This document shows, in pieces, positions 1-12,800 of a stretch of 64,000 bases of DNA (positions are counted from its first letter, which is position 1; every line of letters begins with the position of its first letter). Position numbers and translations under genes: made by a program. Below the pieces are notes generated by a model. That model saw only the letters and a list, made by a program, of their open reading frames with translations. It was not told the origin of the DNA and searched no databases. The stretch comes from Rhina ancylostomus (taxonomy: Eukaryota). Location: the NCBI GenBank assembly GCA_030265395.1, contig JARFYF010000029.1, forward strand, positions 13,980,943 to 14,044,942, given 5' to 3'.

Positions 1-270
1 ACCACTAACTGACCTATAATTTCCTTTCTTTTGACTCCCTCCCTTCTTACAGAGTGGAGTGACATTTGCGATTTTCCAGTCCTCTGGAACCATTCCTGAA
101 TCTAGTGATTCTTGAAAGATCACCACTAATGCCTCCACAATCTCTTCAGCTACCTCTTTCAGAACCCAGGGGTGTAGTCCATCCAGTCTGGGTGACCTAT
201 CTACCTTCAGACCTTTCAGCTTCCCAAGCACCTTCTCCTTTGTAATAGTGAGTACACTCACTTCTGCCCC
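1..270 (-). mobile_element. CR1-clade LINE ORF2 fragment
   Basis: Reverse strand reads roughly KVLGKLKGLKVDRSPRLDGLHPWVLKEVAEEIVEALVVIFQESLDSGMVPEDWKIANVTPL, typical of the CR1 region just before the RT domain. Confidence 0.85.
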
Positions 271-765
271 CAATTTGGTTCATATTAAATCAAAGATTTT
301 CATTTTTAAGTGGAGTTGAATCACACCCCGGGTCTGTAATAATTGCAGAATAAATTAAAATGATTGGGGAAGCTATTATGTCTGAAATTGCTTATCGTTT
401 TCTCTGTCAGTCCTCCCCTCTTTTATTAGCTGATGTCATCGATTGACCTGACGATATAATGTTATCTATCATTTTGATTTTTCACACAGATAGGCAGTTA
501 ACAATCTTTCCTGGGTCGATACAATTCTTTGCATGTCATCCTCAATACAATCGATCCTTTCTTCTCTATCACCAATAACACCCAATATCACCCCTGCCAT
601 CCCCTCAAATTCAACCAACTCAGTGAGTGCAAAGCAAGTGAAAGCTAATCAGAGCTGTAACTAGTAGGTGGCATGATGGAGTTAAGCTTCACAAAAACTC
701 AGATTTCCTTCACTAGTAGGTTTTGACAACATAACAGTGGACCATTTTCTTTCCTCAAAACAAAG

Positions 766-853
766 GTGATGAAGAAGTCTCATGAGGCCCGTGAGCGGTT
801 GCTTCGGCTGGGAATTTTCAGAAACGTTGAAGTCCTCATTGACACCACCCAAG
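766..853 (+). CDS. SAMM50: SAMM50 exon 4 ([34 protein letters not shown] region)
   Basis: aag|GTG acceptor, CAAG|gtaact donor, 88 bp. Confidence 0.95.
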
Positions 854-3800
854 GTAACTTTCAAAATGTTCTTATTCTTGCCTTCTGTTAACTTGAGATG
901 ATCTATCAAGATTCTCCGGGTACTTGGATGTCTGCACAAATGAATCACCAGCAGGGTGATTCTCTTGTGCATTCTGTCATGGAGCAATAAGGCATATTTT
1001 TTTTTCCATACATGGTAGGCTCATCCTTGATTGGGGGGGGGGGGATTTTTGATTGGAAGGGAAATTTGAAGATGTGAGACATCCTAGGTCATCCACTTAG
1101 ACATCGCAGTCTAGCACAGAGGCTTGGTAGCAGAACACTCATTCACTTCCATGGCTTGGTCGTGGGAAATGATGCAGGCAAACAAGTGAGGCATGAGATT
1201 AACACTGTTGAGAAAGGTTGTTGAATGTGTACATTTTGTCATGGTTTTAAAAGTAACTCCACACTTGGCCAATTTAAATTTTAAAAAAGTATAGTATTAA
1301 CTTTAACCATTTATAGAAGTGAAATGGCTAGCCATTGTTACCTAACATTTTATAGTGCAGGATTGAAATTTGTTAGGTACACTTGTAACAATGAAGGTCA
1401 CTTCTCTGTTTTGCACACAGGAAGCCAAGTAATGTGTGTGACATACTCCCTTATGTGCTCTTTCAATTTAACTTCACTCACTTTTGTTAAAAGAGGGACT
1501 TTCGATTTTCTCAAGATGTTTTGTAGCCAATAAATTGCTTTTAAAATGACTTTCTTTTGTGAAGACACAGTAGCTAGATGCAACATAACTGTGGATGCTG
1601 ATAATCTGAAATAAAAACAGAAAATGCCCTGAGGGGCAGGCAGTGCCTCTGGAGAGAGAAACAAAGACGACATTTAAGGTAGTAATCTTCTGTAGGACAT
1701 GGTAACCTCTTGGGTCCCAACAAGAGACATAAGCAGCAATAAGATAAACACTCAGTCAGTGTATTTTAGATGTAGTTTGATTGGCATGGTAGTGTAGCCG
1801 TTAGAATAACGCTTTACAGCTCCGGTGATCCAGGTTCAATTCCGGCCACTGTCTGTAAGGAGTTTGTCCCTGTGTCTGCATGGGTTTCCTCCGGGTGCTC
1901 TGATTTCCTCCCACATTCCAAAAGTCGTACAGGTTAGGAAGTTGTGGGCATGCTATGTTGGCGCTGGAAGCGTGGCGGCCCTTGCAGACTGCCCCCAGAA
2001 CACTATGCAAAAAGATGCATTTCACTTATCTTGATAAATCTTTGTCAGGATGCCAAGGTAATTCCCAATCAGGTCCATTTGTCAACCAGCAGTTGAACAA
2101 GAACATACATAGGTTCATAGAGTTGTACACGCATGGAAACAGGCCCTTCATCCCATCTCATCCGTGCCAACCAAGATGTCTATCTAAGCTAATCCCATCT
2201 GCCTATCCTTCCAAACCTTTCTGGTCTATGTACCTGCCTAAATGTTTTTTAAACATTGTTATTATACCTGACCCTACCACCTTCAGTGGCAGCTCGTTCC
2301 CTGTACCACCACCCTTTGTGTGAAAAAGGTTGCCCTCCTATTCCCTTTAAACATTTCCCCTCTCCGCTCAAGCTTATGCCCTCCAGTTTTAGACTCCCCT
2401 ACCCTGAGAAAAATAACCTGTGACCATCTACCCTATCTATGCCCCTCATAATTTTATAAACCTCCATTATGTACTTACTTATCGGTCATGTAGGATTTTT
2501 GTGCTTCTTTCTTTTATTTCATTATCTTCTCAGCTGAGAGGGAGACGTATGCCAGAAAATGGCAGGCTCCTTAATTTTTTATCAATTTCCCCTGTTTGTG
2601 TCCCTCTCTGCCATCTGAATACTACATTAGATGTGTTCTCAAAAGCATAGAAATATCACCATCTGTGCAGCAATTTGAGGATGATGAAATATCAGTAAAA
2701 GTTAGAGGGCACCTGCTGTAGATTTTCTTAATTTTAATCTGTACCTGGTAGTATTCAGCAGCAAGTCTGGAATAAAAGATAATATTTTATGGTAAGTTTG
2801 TTTGGGGCAGGGGGACTGCACAGAGGCTTGGAAGCACAATGCCCATTCACTTCCTTGGCTGGGTCATGGGAAATGATGCAGACAAACAAGTTAAAGTGAG
2901 GCAAGAGATTAACACTGTTGAGAAAGGTTGATGAATGTGTACATTTTGTCATGGTTTTAAAAGTAACTCCACACTTGGCCAATTTAAATTTAAAAAAAAC
3001 TATGGTATTAACTTTAACCATTTACAGAAGTGAAATGGCTAGCCATTGTAACCTAACATTTTGTAGTGCAGGATTGAAATTTGTTAGGTACACTTGTAAC
3101 AATGAAGGTCATTTCTCTGTTTTGCACACAGGAAGCCAAGTAATGTGTGTGACATACTCCCTTATGTGCTCTTTCAATTTAATTTCACTCACTTTTGTTA
3201 AAAGAGGGACTTTCGATTATCTCAAGGTGTTTTATAGCCAATAAGTTGCTTTGAAAGTGCCTTTCTTTTGTGAAGACACAGTAGCTAGATGCAACATAAC
3301 TGCAGATGCTGGTAATCTGAAATAAAAACAGAAAATGCCCTGAGGGGCAGGCAGTGTCTCTGGAGAGAGAAACAAAGATGACAGTTAAGGTAGTAATCTT
3401 CTGTCGGACATGGTAACCTGTTGGGTCCCGACAAGAGCCATAAGCAGCAATAAGATAAACAGTCAATATATTTTTGAAGATGTAGTTTGATTGATAAATC
3501 TTTGTCAGGATGCAAGGGTAATTTCTAATCAGGACCATTTGTCAACCAGCAGTTTATCAAGAACACATATATATTCATAGAGTTATAAGCATGGAGACAG
3601 GCCCTTCAGCCCAACTCATTCATGCCGACCTAAATTTTAAAAAAAGTGAATGCTCCACCCACTCTAGTTTCATTTCTTGATGGATTCTGTTGGTTCTAAA
3701 GGTGAGGAGGCATTGGCTGATGGACTGGATGTGATCTTTGAGGTGAAGGAAATGAGACGCTTAACTGGAAGCTACAACACTATGGTTGGGAACAATGAAG

Positions 3801-6800
3801 GAAGCATGGTAAGGTGATCTCCAATTAAAAAGTTTTAAGCATGGCAAGGGCAACTGCAATTGTCCCCAAAGGATTTGTTCACAGAATTATTTTTTTCCTA
3901 TAGGTTTTGGGTTTGAAGCTGCCTAATCTGTTTGGTCGAGCAGAAAAGATTACCTTCCAGTTTTCATATGGAACAAAGGAGACCTCCTATGGCATTTCGT
4001 ACTTTAAACCAGAGCCCGGCAACTTTGACAGGAAGTAATGCAGTTATACATTCCTTTCCTGCTTGTAAAAAAAAATCCCTGAAAATTATCATCTTGCTGC
4101 TTTCACAGGTGTCTGATTCATGTTGAGTGTTTGGGGGGGGGGGTGGGGGTCAGGANNNNNNNNNNTGGGCTTTTTGTTTAAGTTTGACATGTGACGGGAA
4201 ATGACTCGCTGTGAACAGCCACTTTTTTCAGGCAAAATATTATTTGTTGAGAGAGTGTAGAGAATAGAACCTAAATCAATTCTTTTCCAATAAAAGCAGG
4301 GCAATTTCTCCAGAAAATGCAGTGAGTGTTGGATAATTACATCAAATGACATGCATAAAATCATGCTCAGTCTTTTGTAGCACTGTGGTCATCAAACTTC
4401 ATTGACAGGGGAATTACCTAATCATATTCGATCTACCTGGCCATAGCAGTGCCACTACACCAAACTGCCATATTGCATCCATGTTTTACTAGACTAGGTA
4501 CAGTGGTTGATTTGTTTACACAGTGTTTTTTATCAGCAGTGTGCACACTTGCAAACCTTCCCCAATTTCAATTTGAAAAGAATTGGGGAATTATAGAATG
4601 TAAGTTATATAAGTATTGCAATTTGTATTGCAATTTTTAGGGCAATACTTCTATCAATTGCACTTAATTAATGGTGCTTGCTGATGAAATGCAAAAGCAA
4701 CAGCAAATTCCGGGTGAGAGCAGATGTGCAATTAAAGAGAGAAGTGAAGAAGTTGCTGTTGGAAAGGTGCAGCCCATTGTTTTGCAAAGAAGTGATCTGA
4801 CTTCTTCCCCTTTTCATTCAAATCATTAAGCAGCAAGAAGTTCCTGTCTTGGACTGTAGATGTGAAATAAATTTGCATAAGAAAGTTAAGTTGGGTCAAA
4901 GTAATTTTATGTAACAGCAGGTTTGTTAATTACTGCCAATTAATCTCTCCATTGCTGAAAATTATTTAAAACAAATGTTGTGTGTCATTCCTTCAGAATT
5001 AAATTATTGATGATATAGAACACAGTACATGCACCCATTGCCTGACCAAGAAAGTAACTCACCACTGACTGGCACAGGAATCTGGGGTCATCTTGGCTTA
5101 GATGACTCAGTTACTTATCAATTGGAGCCACTGAGCTTTCAGGGCTTCTTTTAATGAAAAGGACGTCAAACTGGACTTTGTGCAGTTGTGTGCCTATATC
5201 ATCTTATTGTTAATCCAGTGTGACTCTGAAGTGGCATAAGCTTTTATTTGTACCTTTGTTACTAAGTTGGGCAGTACACCTTTTTCATGTAGAATTTGTC
5301 TGCTGGGTATTAAATTTTATTTACAGTGTGGTAATAGGCCCTTCCAGCCCAACGAGTCTGCGCTGCCCATTTTTAAACCCCAGATTAACCTACACGTATG
5401 TCTTTAGAATGTGGGAGGAAACCAGAGCACCCAGACGAAACCCACGCAGACATGGGAGAATGCACAAACTCCTTACAGACAGTGACGGGAATCGAACCCC
5501 GATCGCTGGCGCTGTAATAGCATTGCGCTAACCGCTACGCTATTGTACCGCCCCTCTATGCTATTGTGACTACAAAGAAGAAAGTAATATTTTCTTTTTA
5601 CATAATTGGGCTTAAAATAAAATTACTTTTAGGTAGTATTGGTAGTAATGTTTAGCTGCTAACATCTCTGCATTTATGTCCATGGATCTACATGAGTAGA
5701 GTTTATTTTTAATTGTAGTTACTTAAAAAAAAAATGTGAGCAAATAGTTCATGATGTAAATGAAAAGCAGATCATCGATTGAAATGTACACTTCTTCTTC
5801 AGTTATTCTGTTAACTTGTATAAGGTGACTGGGCAGTTTCCCTGGAGTTCACTTCGTGAGACTGATAGAGGGATCTCAACAGAATACAACGTAAGTTTGA
5901 AACACTATTCTGTTAATCCATTTTAATTGATAATCTTAGCAAAGTTACTTGATATTGAATGACAACACTACTGTGTATTTGTAAGGAAGCATGTTTAATA
6001 TTACCAGCACATAAAATAGTCCAATAAGCTTCAAGTGATATTTGAAAAAGTAATGGTGTGATTGAATCATCAGAGATATGAATATCCTCATTGAAACCGT
6101 TAAGAATATGTACCTTAAATTTGCTTGTAACTGCACACTTTTGCTTTGTTGTGGAGGCTTCTTTAAAGAGATACATTTTACTGCAGGGATTTGAAACTGG
6201 GATAGTATTTCTGCAATGTATCATCCATAAGGGGATTATAATTTTGAGCTATGGGAAGATTTGAGTCCACTTTCTAAACATACTAGCTGATCCTCTACTT
6301 TGGGCCTGGCTTTGAAAAAATAATTTATTACTCCAGTCACATCAAACTCCACTCTTAAACGTCATAATTTGGGAGATAGTTCAGACCATTATGTGGGCAA
6401 ACGGAGAGGATTTTGATAACCAGTGCAATGCAGAATAATTGTTCCGCTAGAGTTGTAATATGATGCTGTTGATATATTTATGTAAGCAATTTCCACTTCC
6501 TTACAGTTTCCACTATGGAAGACCCATCATACTCTGAAATGGGAAGGAGTGTGGAGGGAGCTGGGCTCTCTGTCTCGCACAGCATCGTTTTGCGTTCGGG
6601 AAGAAAGTGGTCATTCTCTCAAATCATCAATTTCGGTAAATCTTCAATTACATTTACTTTTAATGCTTTTATTTTTAGCAGCCAGATGCAGTTGCACGGT
6701 TTAATCTCCTCCATTAACAGATATAAGTTTTTTGCACTTTAATCCAGCTGCTAAATGGGTTTTCATTTCCTGATGTTAATAGTTCTACTTATTATATTAG

Positions 6801-9800
6801 AAACTATCTAACAATTGGAGATTGAATATGCATTATTTAGAATTTGTTTCTGCAGAGAAATTTCAACAATGATTCTGCTGTTGCATAAGAAGATTTTTCA
6901 ATTAAAGCATGAAGTCATTTTCATTACAGTCTTTTTAGAATTGGCTCACCTTGTCACAGTGGGAGCTGGAACACATTAAAAATGACCAAATCAACTTGTG
7001 TCTTTAACTATTTGCTTAAAAAAATATTAAGTACTTTTCCATAAAACACCTTGTGTTATCAAAGCATTTCAAACCACTCCACGCTGAGTTACTTCTGTAG
7101 TGATTCTCAGGTAAATACAACAGCCATTTCTGTTCAAACACTGTAAAGTAGGTGGTATTGAAGTCTATGGCATGTCCATCCAATCATTTCTGACTAATTT
7201 GGTTTTGAGGAATATAGTTCCCATGTTTATGGCAACATTAATGTTCTGTACATTAATGTTGTATTACTTGTATTTTATAACCAATTTGTGTTATTCCTTC
7301 ACAGCACTCGATGACCGTTGACACCAGGAACTCAGCAATCATTCCCAAACGTGGAGCTTTACTTAAGATAAACCAGGTAAAACATAAGTGAATTTGAGAA
7401 TGACTGTGTACTTCTCAAGGAATGAATAGTTTTAGCTTTGGTTAATTTGAAACTGGTCATTTGAAAAATATGACTTCCATTTTTAATTGTGAAATCTATG
7501 ACAATTAGATTGCCATTCAAACATCAGCCTGTCCTGTTTGATTATTAACAGCATTGACAACAACTTCCAATTATATTGCAATTTAATATTGTGACAAAGT
7601 GACCCAAGGGTATTTTGCAGGTGTGTTGACAAATAATACTTGATTCTGAGGCACTAAAGGGGATACCAGTGCACAGACCAAAAGCCTGAGTGAAGAAATA
7701 AGGTTTAAAGAGCATCTTAAAGGATGCAGGAGAGGTGGAGAAGTTTATGGAGGGCTGGTTTCATGTCTTGGCATTGTCAAAGTTAGATCAGTTAAAATCA
7801 TGGATGAGGAAGAGGCCAGAATTTGATGAACACAACTACCTTGGTGGACTTACAGGACTGAAGATAATTATAGAGAAAGGGGTGGGCAAAACCAAAGTGA
7901 GATTTGAATACAAAATGCAAATTTTAAAATGGGGACATTGATTCTCTTGGAGCCAGAGTAAATCAGCAACCGCAGGAATGATGCACGTAGGGTGTGGGTA
8001 TAGGGTGTTGGATGATCTCTGAGGTACAGAGAACGGAATAGGGAAGGCTGGTCGAGTGTGTATTGTAATATTGTGAAAACATGGATGAAGGTTTTGTTAG
8101 ATGTATTTCTCAATGCCAAAGGGATCAAAGGATCTGGGGAGAAGGCAGGAAAAGGGTCGTAAAGTGGATGTTCAGCAATGAACGTCATTGAATAGTGAAG
8201 GGCTTCCTGAGCTTTAGGCTCTGAAATAGCAAATCGTCATGTGACCCTTTAAGACAATTAAATCAATGACATCATAAAGTTACTTGAGTAGTTTGTTTGA
8301 AAAATAATTCCCTCTTTTTGTTCTTGGAGTGTAACATTTACAGAATGAAGCTTGTTTTTAATCAAAAAAATTCTTGTGCTTGTGGAAGTGCTTCTGAAGA
8401 TACTAGTAACGTCTCTGTCATGTATCTGAATTGAAAGCCATATTAATTTTGCCTGACTAAAATAAGTTGGTTGTCATGACTGATCATTTGTTTATTTTGA
8501 ACAGGAACTGGCAGGTTACACTGGAGGCGATGTGAGATTTTTGAAGGAGGACTTTGAACTGCAATTCAACAGGAGCCTTTTATGGGATTGTGTGAGAGTT
8601 CTTTTCAGTTAAATCATTTGTGCATTACAACAAGTAACCCATTTGTCTCACATTGTTAAACCTGGGTCAGGATTTATGTATATTGCAGGTGGGATTAATC
8701 TATACTTTCCAATCTAGAGTTAATCAAGGAGGAGACAGTATTGGTAGGTTATGAATAGCTTTGCTGAATGAGGCTTTGCTAAAAGGCAAACGGCGAGTGT
8801 GAGGAGGTTAAAATAATTATTCACTGAACAAGTCCATTTCAATGCAATGCAATTTTAAAACTGATTTCATACTATGTTCATGTTGCTGCACTTGGTAAGA
8901 ATCAATGCATTATAAGTATGGACATCAACAGCATACTGTTACTGGTTGCAACTGAACAATAATAATTATTTTTGGCTCAGATTTCTGAACATGTTGATTA
9001 ATAACAGATAAACAAAATAGGGATGCCCAATAAAAACATTTATGAACAATGTCAGTCTAAATTCTCCCACTTTACCTACCCTTGGAAATCGAGCAGTTTC
9101 TTCATTTCAATTTGAATGAGTGAAGGAACACCAAACATAACTATTTTGCTGCTATATTCATTAATAATGCACACATAACAGTGTAGACTCATTATATAAT
9201 AAGGTAGTATTTTCCTTCTTTTCTGATTAGGTTTTCTCAGCTTCCCTGTGGGGTGGCCTTCTAGTACCAATTGGAGACAAGCCATCCTCTATTGCTGATA
9301 GGTGAGTGTTTGAAAAGAGAATTTGTGGAAGAAATTAACTTAGCAGTGTCAACGGACAGAATTTAGTACAAGTATTTTGTTTTCATTCTTTAATGTTCCA
9401 ATGTTCCTCTTTGTGGAGAGTCTAGATTTAAGATGCTTCATTGTACTTTTGATTGCTAGCCCATTCTGATTATGAAATTTGTGTTTAGAAATTCACCCCT
9501 GGTTGATGGCATTAATGGTATCAGTGTACTCTTTCTTAAAAATGCATTACTTGAAATCGGTGGAATGAATTTTGGAGGCAAGAGTGCAGGTGCCTAAAAC
9601 TATTAGTGTATTTAATTGTATTGATCAAGGATAAATTGGTAAATTGGTTTATTATTGTCACATGTAATGAGGTACAGCTAAAAAGTTGTCTTACATACCA
9701 TTCGTACAGATCAATTCATTACAACAGTACATTGAGGTAGTACAAGGTAAAACAATAAAAGAGTGCAGAATAAAGTGTTACAGAGAAAGTGCAGTGCAGG

Positions 9801-12800
9801 TAGATGATAAGGTGCAAGGTCATAACAAGGTAGACCTCCAGGCATTGGATTTCATCTGGGATGCAGCAAGGGTTGAGTATCAGCTCATTTTCTTCCTAAA
9901 CACTTCTTTATGATTCATGTAAATATGCATGAATCATAATTTGGGTTAATGACAGAATTGTTCACCTTTCACAATGTGTGATAATCATGTACAAGTCAAA
10001 ACAGTATACTATAGCTTACTGGTCAACGAAGAACCAGTGATGCATCTTTTAATGGTGGAGTATCAGAGTAACCTGAAAGTGATTCTATTGGTTTGCTTTT
10101 GCATAAAGGTAGTGTAGCATCCACACAATTCACTGAAGTTCCCAACCTAAGTCAGCCATTATCTGAGGCAGAGAGTAAAAATTAACCATATCCTTCAAGA
10201 AAATGGTTAGTAAAAAAAAATATTGCATCAGCAGAGGGCATGAAGGGAGTGTTTTCTATTCACTGTAATCAATGAGTGAGGGAAAAAAGATTAAATCCAA
10301 GTCTTTTTTTAAAATACATTGGACTGATGTTGATGAACAAACATTTGCTTTATCCATATCCACAGTAAAACAGAAGAATTGTGGTAAGATAGTTAAATAG
10401 ATCTACTGACTGTATGAAATCATTATTTTGTATTCAGATTTTACCTTGGGGGACCAACAACTGTCCGCGGCTTTAGCATGTATAGTATTGGACCACAGAG
10501 TGAAGGTATGTGTAACGTTATGTGTGCAGCAAATGTAAATTTATCTGGGGATGCAAACAAATGTTTGGTTCAAGACTCGTTCCAAAGATCATTCCCAGAA
10601 TCTTCTATTGGCTTTATGCCCTATATTTCCTCTGCAGCTTAAAGATAAGATCATGCTTTAACAATCCATGTATATTCCAGGTTTATGTAGACTTTAATGG
10701 CAAGTGGCAAGATCCATTAAGATTAAGGAGTTGAATTAGCCGAATGAGTCAATGAGTATACACCATACAAATCGCCCATTTCCTCTTTCTCCCTTCTTTC
10801 TTAGCATTTCTTTATTCCCTTTCCTTCTCATATACTCAGCTTGCTTTGCTTTGAAAGCACGTGAGCTGGTTACCTAATCACATAACTGTCCCAATTGATT
10901 CCTTATCCTTACCAATCTGAGCAGTTTCTCCATATTTCCATACTGAGTTCATTAATTGCTCTCATGTGGTTATGAACCTTGGTCTTGGATTTTCCCTTAA
11001 GTGAAAGCACATCTGCCCTGCCTGGCACATTCTTTCTTTTGAACTCCTTCACGAATTCTCTGCAGGACTTGTCCTGTGTTGGGGGGTGGGGGGGGAGGTG
11101 GAGCTTGTTTTGTTTTAAATTGCTGTAATCTCTCTTTTCTAATACTTGCACTGTGTAAATTTTTTTTTGCATTTGCCATGTCCTTTATTTATGGTACATA
11201 GATCAGACTGTTCACTGTATTCCAAGCACAATCTGCATGGGATCCTTTGCATTTCAGTTCTATTATCCAAACAGCTTCTTAAATTCTAAAATTCAATTGA
11301 TGTTCTGTATTTACAATAAAGTGCATCATTTCACTCTGATTAAACTGTCTGCTCTTTAAGACAGTGTCTCTTTACAATTTGTTGCTTTTATCCCCACAGT
11401 ACTGATAATACTGTAATGTCAACTACAGAATTTGTTGTTCAATTACATCGTTCAAATTATTAATGTAAAGTTTGAACGACTGATCTTGTGGATTACAACT
11501 TTGTACATTTCTCTAATCAGAAAGGCTATTCTGTACTGCTTTCCTTTGGGTTATTCCATTCAATGGGTTATCCATTCAGCTGCATGCTTCCTGACTTCAC
11601 GCACCTGAATCCTATCATAAACCCATTGTGTAGTAGTTTAGCAAATTACATTTAAATTTTCAAATCTGATTTTTCTTTTCCAAAAAACTAAATATTTAAA
11701 ACAAAAGTGATAACCAGCAAGAGTGTCACTGTTCAATGAGTCATTGCAAATCCACCATCTGCAAAATGAATCTTCTGAAGAGAAGGAAAAGGTAAAATAA
11801 TCTTATGAATTTTTAAATCAGTTGAAAACAGTTTCATGGAGTGTCTCTACCTTTTTATAATCCAAAAAGTTGTCATGCAAAAACAGTTAAGCTATTGGAG
11901 TTCAGGATGTTTTATTAAAATTCAGCACATAGAGGGATAAACGGTAGTGATTTAAAAACTGTGTAAAATATTAGTGGTACCCTTGAAATGAAATAATAAT
12001 TAGTATAGTAATAAAGCAATGTGTTCAAACTGCGATGGAAAAATTGAATAGAAGTACAAAGTTAGTGTTGCCCATATGTCTTCTTTATCACAAGTGATAA
12101 CTTGTGAGAGGCGTTGGTAATGGAAAATTTTAAAAATTATTTAATGTATAAACAATAAAGTAAAACTTAGTGATTATGCTTTTACAAAAGGAAACATGTA
12201 TATTCCAGGTTTATGTAGACTTTAATGGCAAGTGGCAAGATCTGTTAAGATTAAGGAGTTGAATTAGACTTAATTGTATTAAAATGTACATCATTTAATG
12301 AGTGGTTTTCTCTTTGCTTTTTGCCTCTGCTCCCTCTCTCCATTTCATAAGGGGACTACCTTGGTGGCGAAACGTACTGGGCTGGAGGCCTGCACTTGTA
12401 CACACCTCTGCCTTTCCGTCCAGGCCAAGGAGGATTTGGAGACCTCTTCAGAACGCACTTCTTTTTGAATGCTGGCAATCTTTGTAACCTGAACTATGGT
12501 AAGGCAGACAAATTTGTTCCACAGGTGCCTTCTCCTGTTTAGTTAAACAGTGATTGATACAACCTGATTAGGCTGAATTGACAAGAAATTGGTTCCCCCT
12601 CTCTCTTTATGCTGTGGCATAGAGCAACAAGAGAAACATACAGTTGTATTTGTTTCTAAGGAAGAAAATGCCCAAGTATCACAAATATAAAACCAGTTTT
12701 AAAAAAGTACTGTATTGGAATGTAGATTTCTATTCTTACTGGGAAAGATTACAGATGAGTTGTATTCTAATTTCTACATAAAATGTCAGGATTTAAGTCT

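Larger units (their letters stand above)
1114..3630 (+). repeat. Local direct duplication in SAMM50 intron 4 (copy 1 about 1114-2170, copy 2 about 2818-3630)
   Basis: Near-identical sequence in both copies (e.g. gtacattttgtcatggttttaaaagtaactccacacttggcc). ORFs 1324..1533 and 2918..3244 give almost the same peptide. Confidence 0.95.

Noticed and set aside
1783-1850. tRNA-like A and B boxes
   Set aside because: Head of a SINE; no cloverleaf, and it continues into SINE body sequence.
4681-4800. TGATGA ... CTGA pair suggesting an intronic C/D snoRNA
   Set aside because: The C box lacks the leading purine, there is no terminal stem and I see no recognisable rRNA guide.
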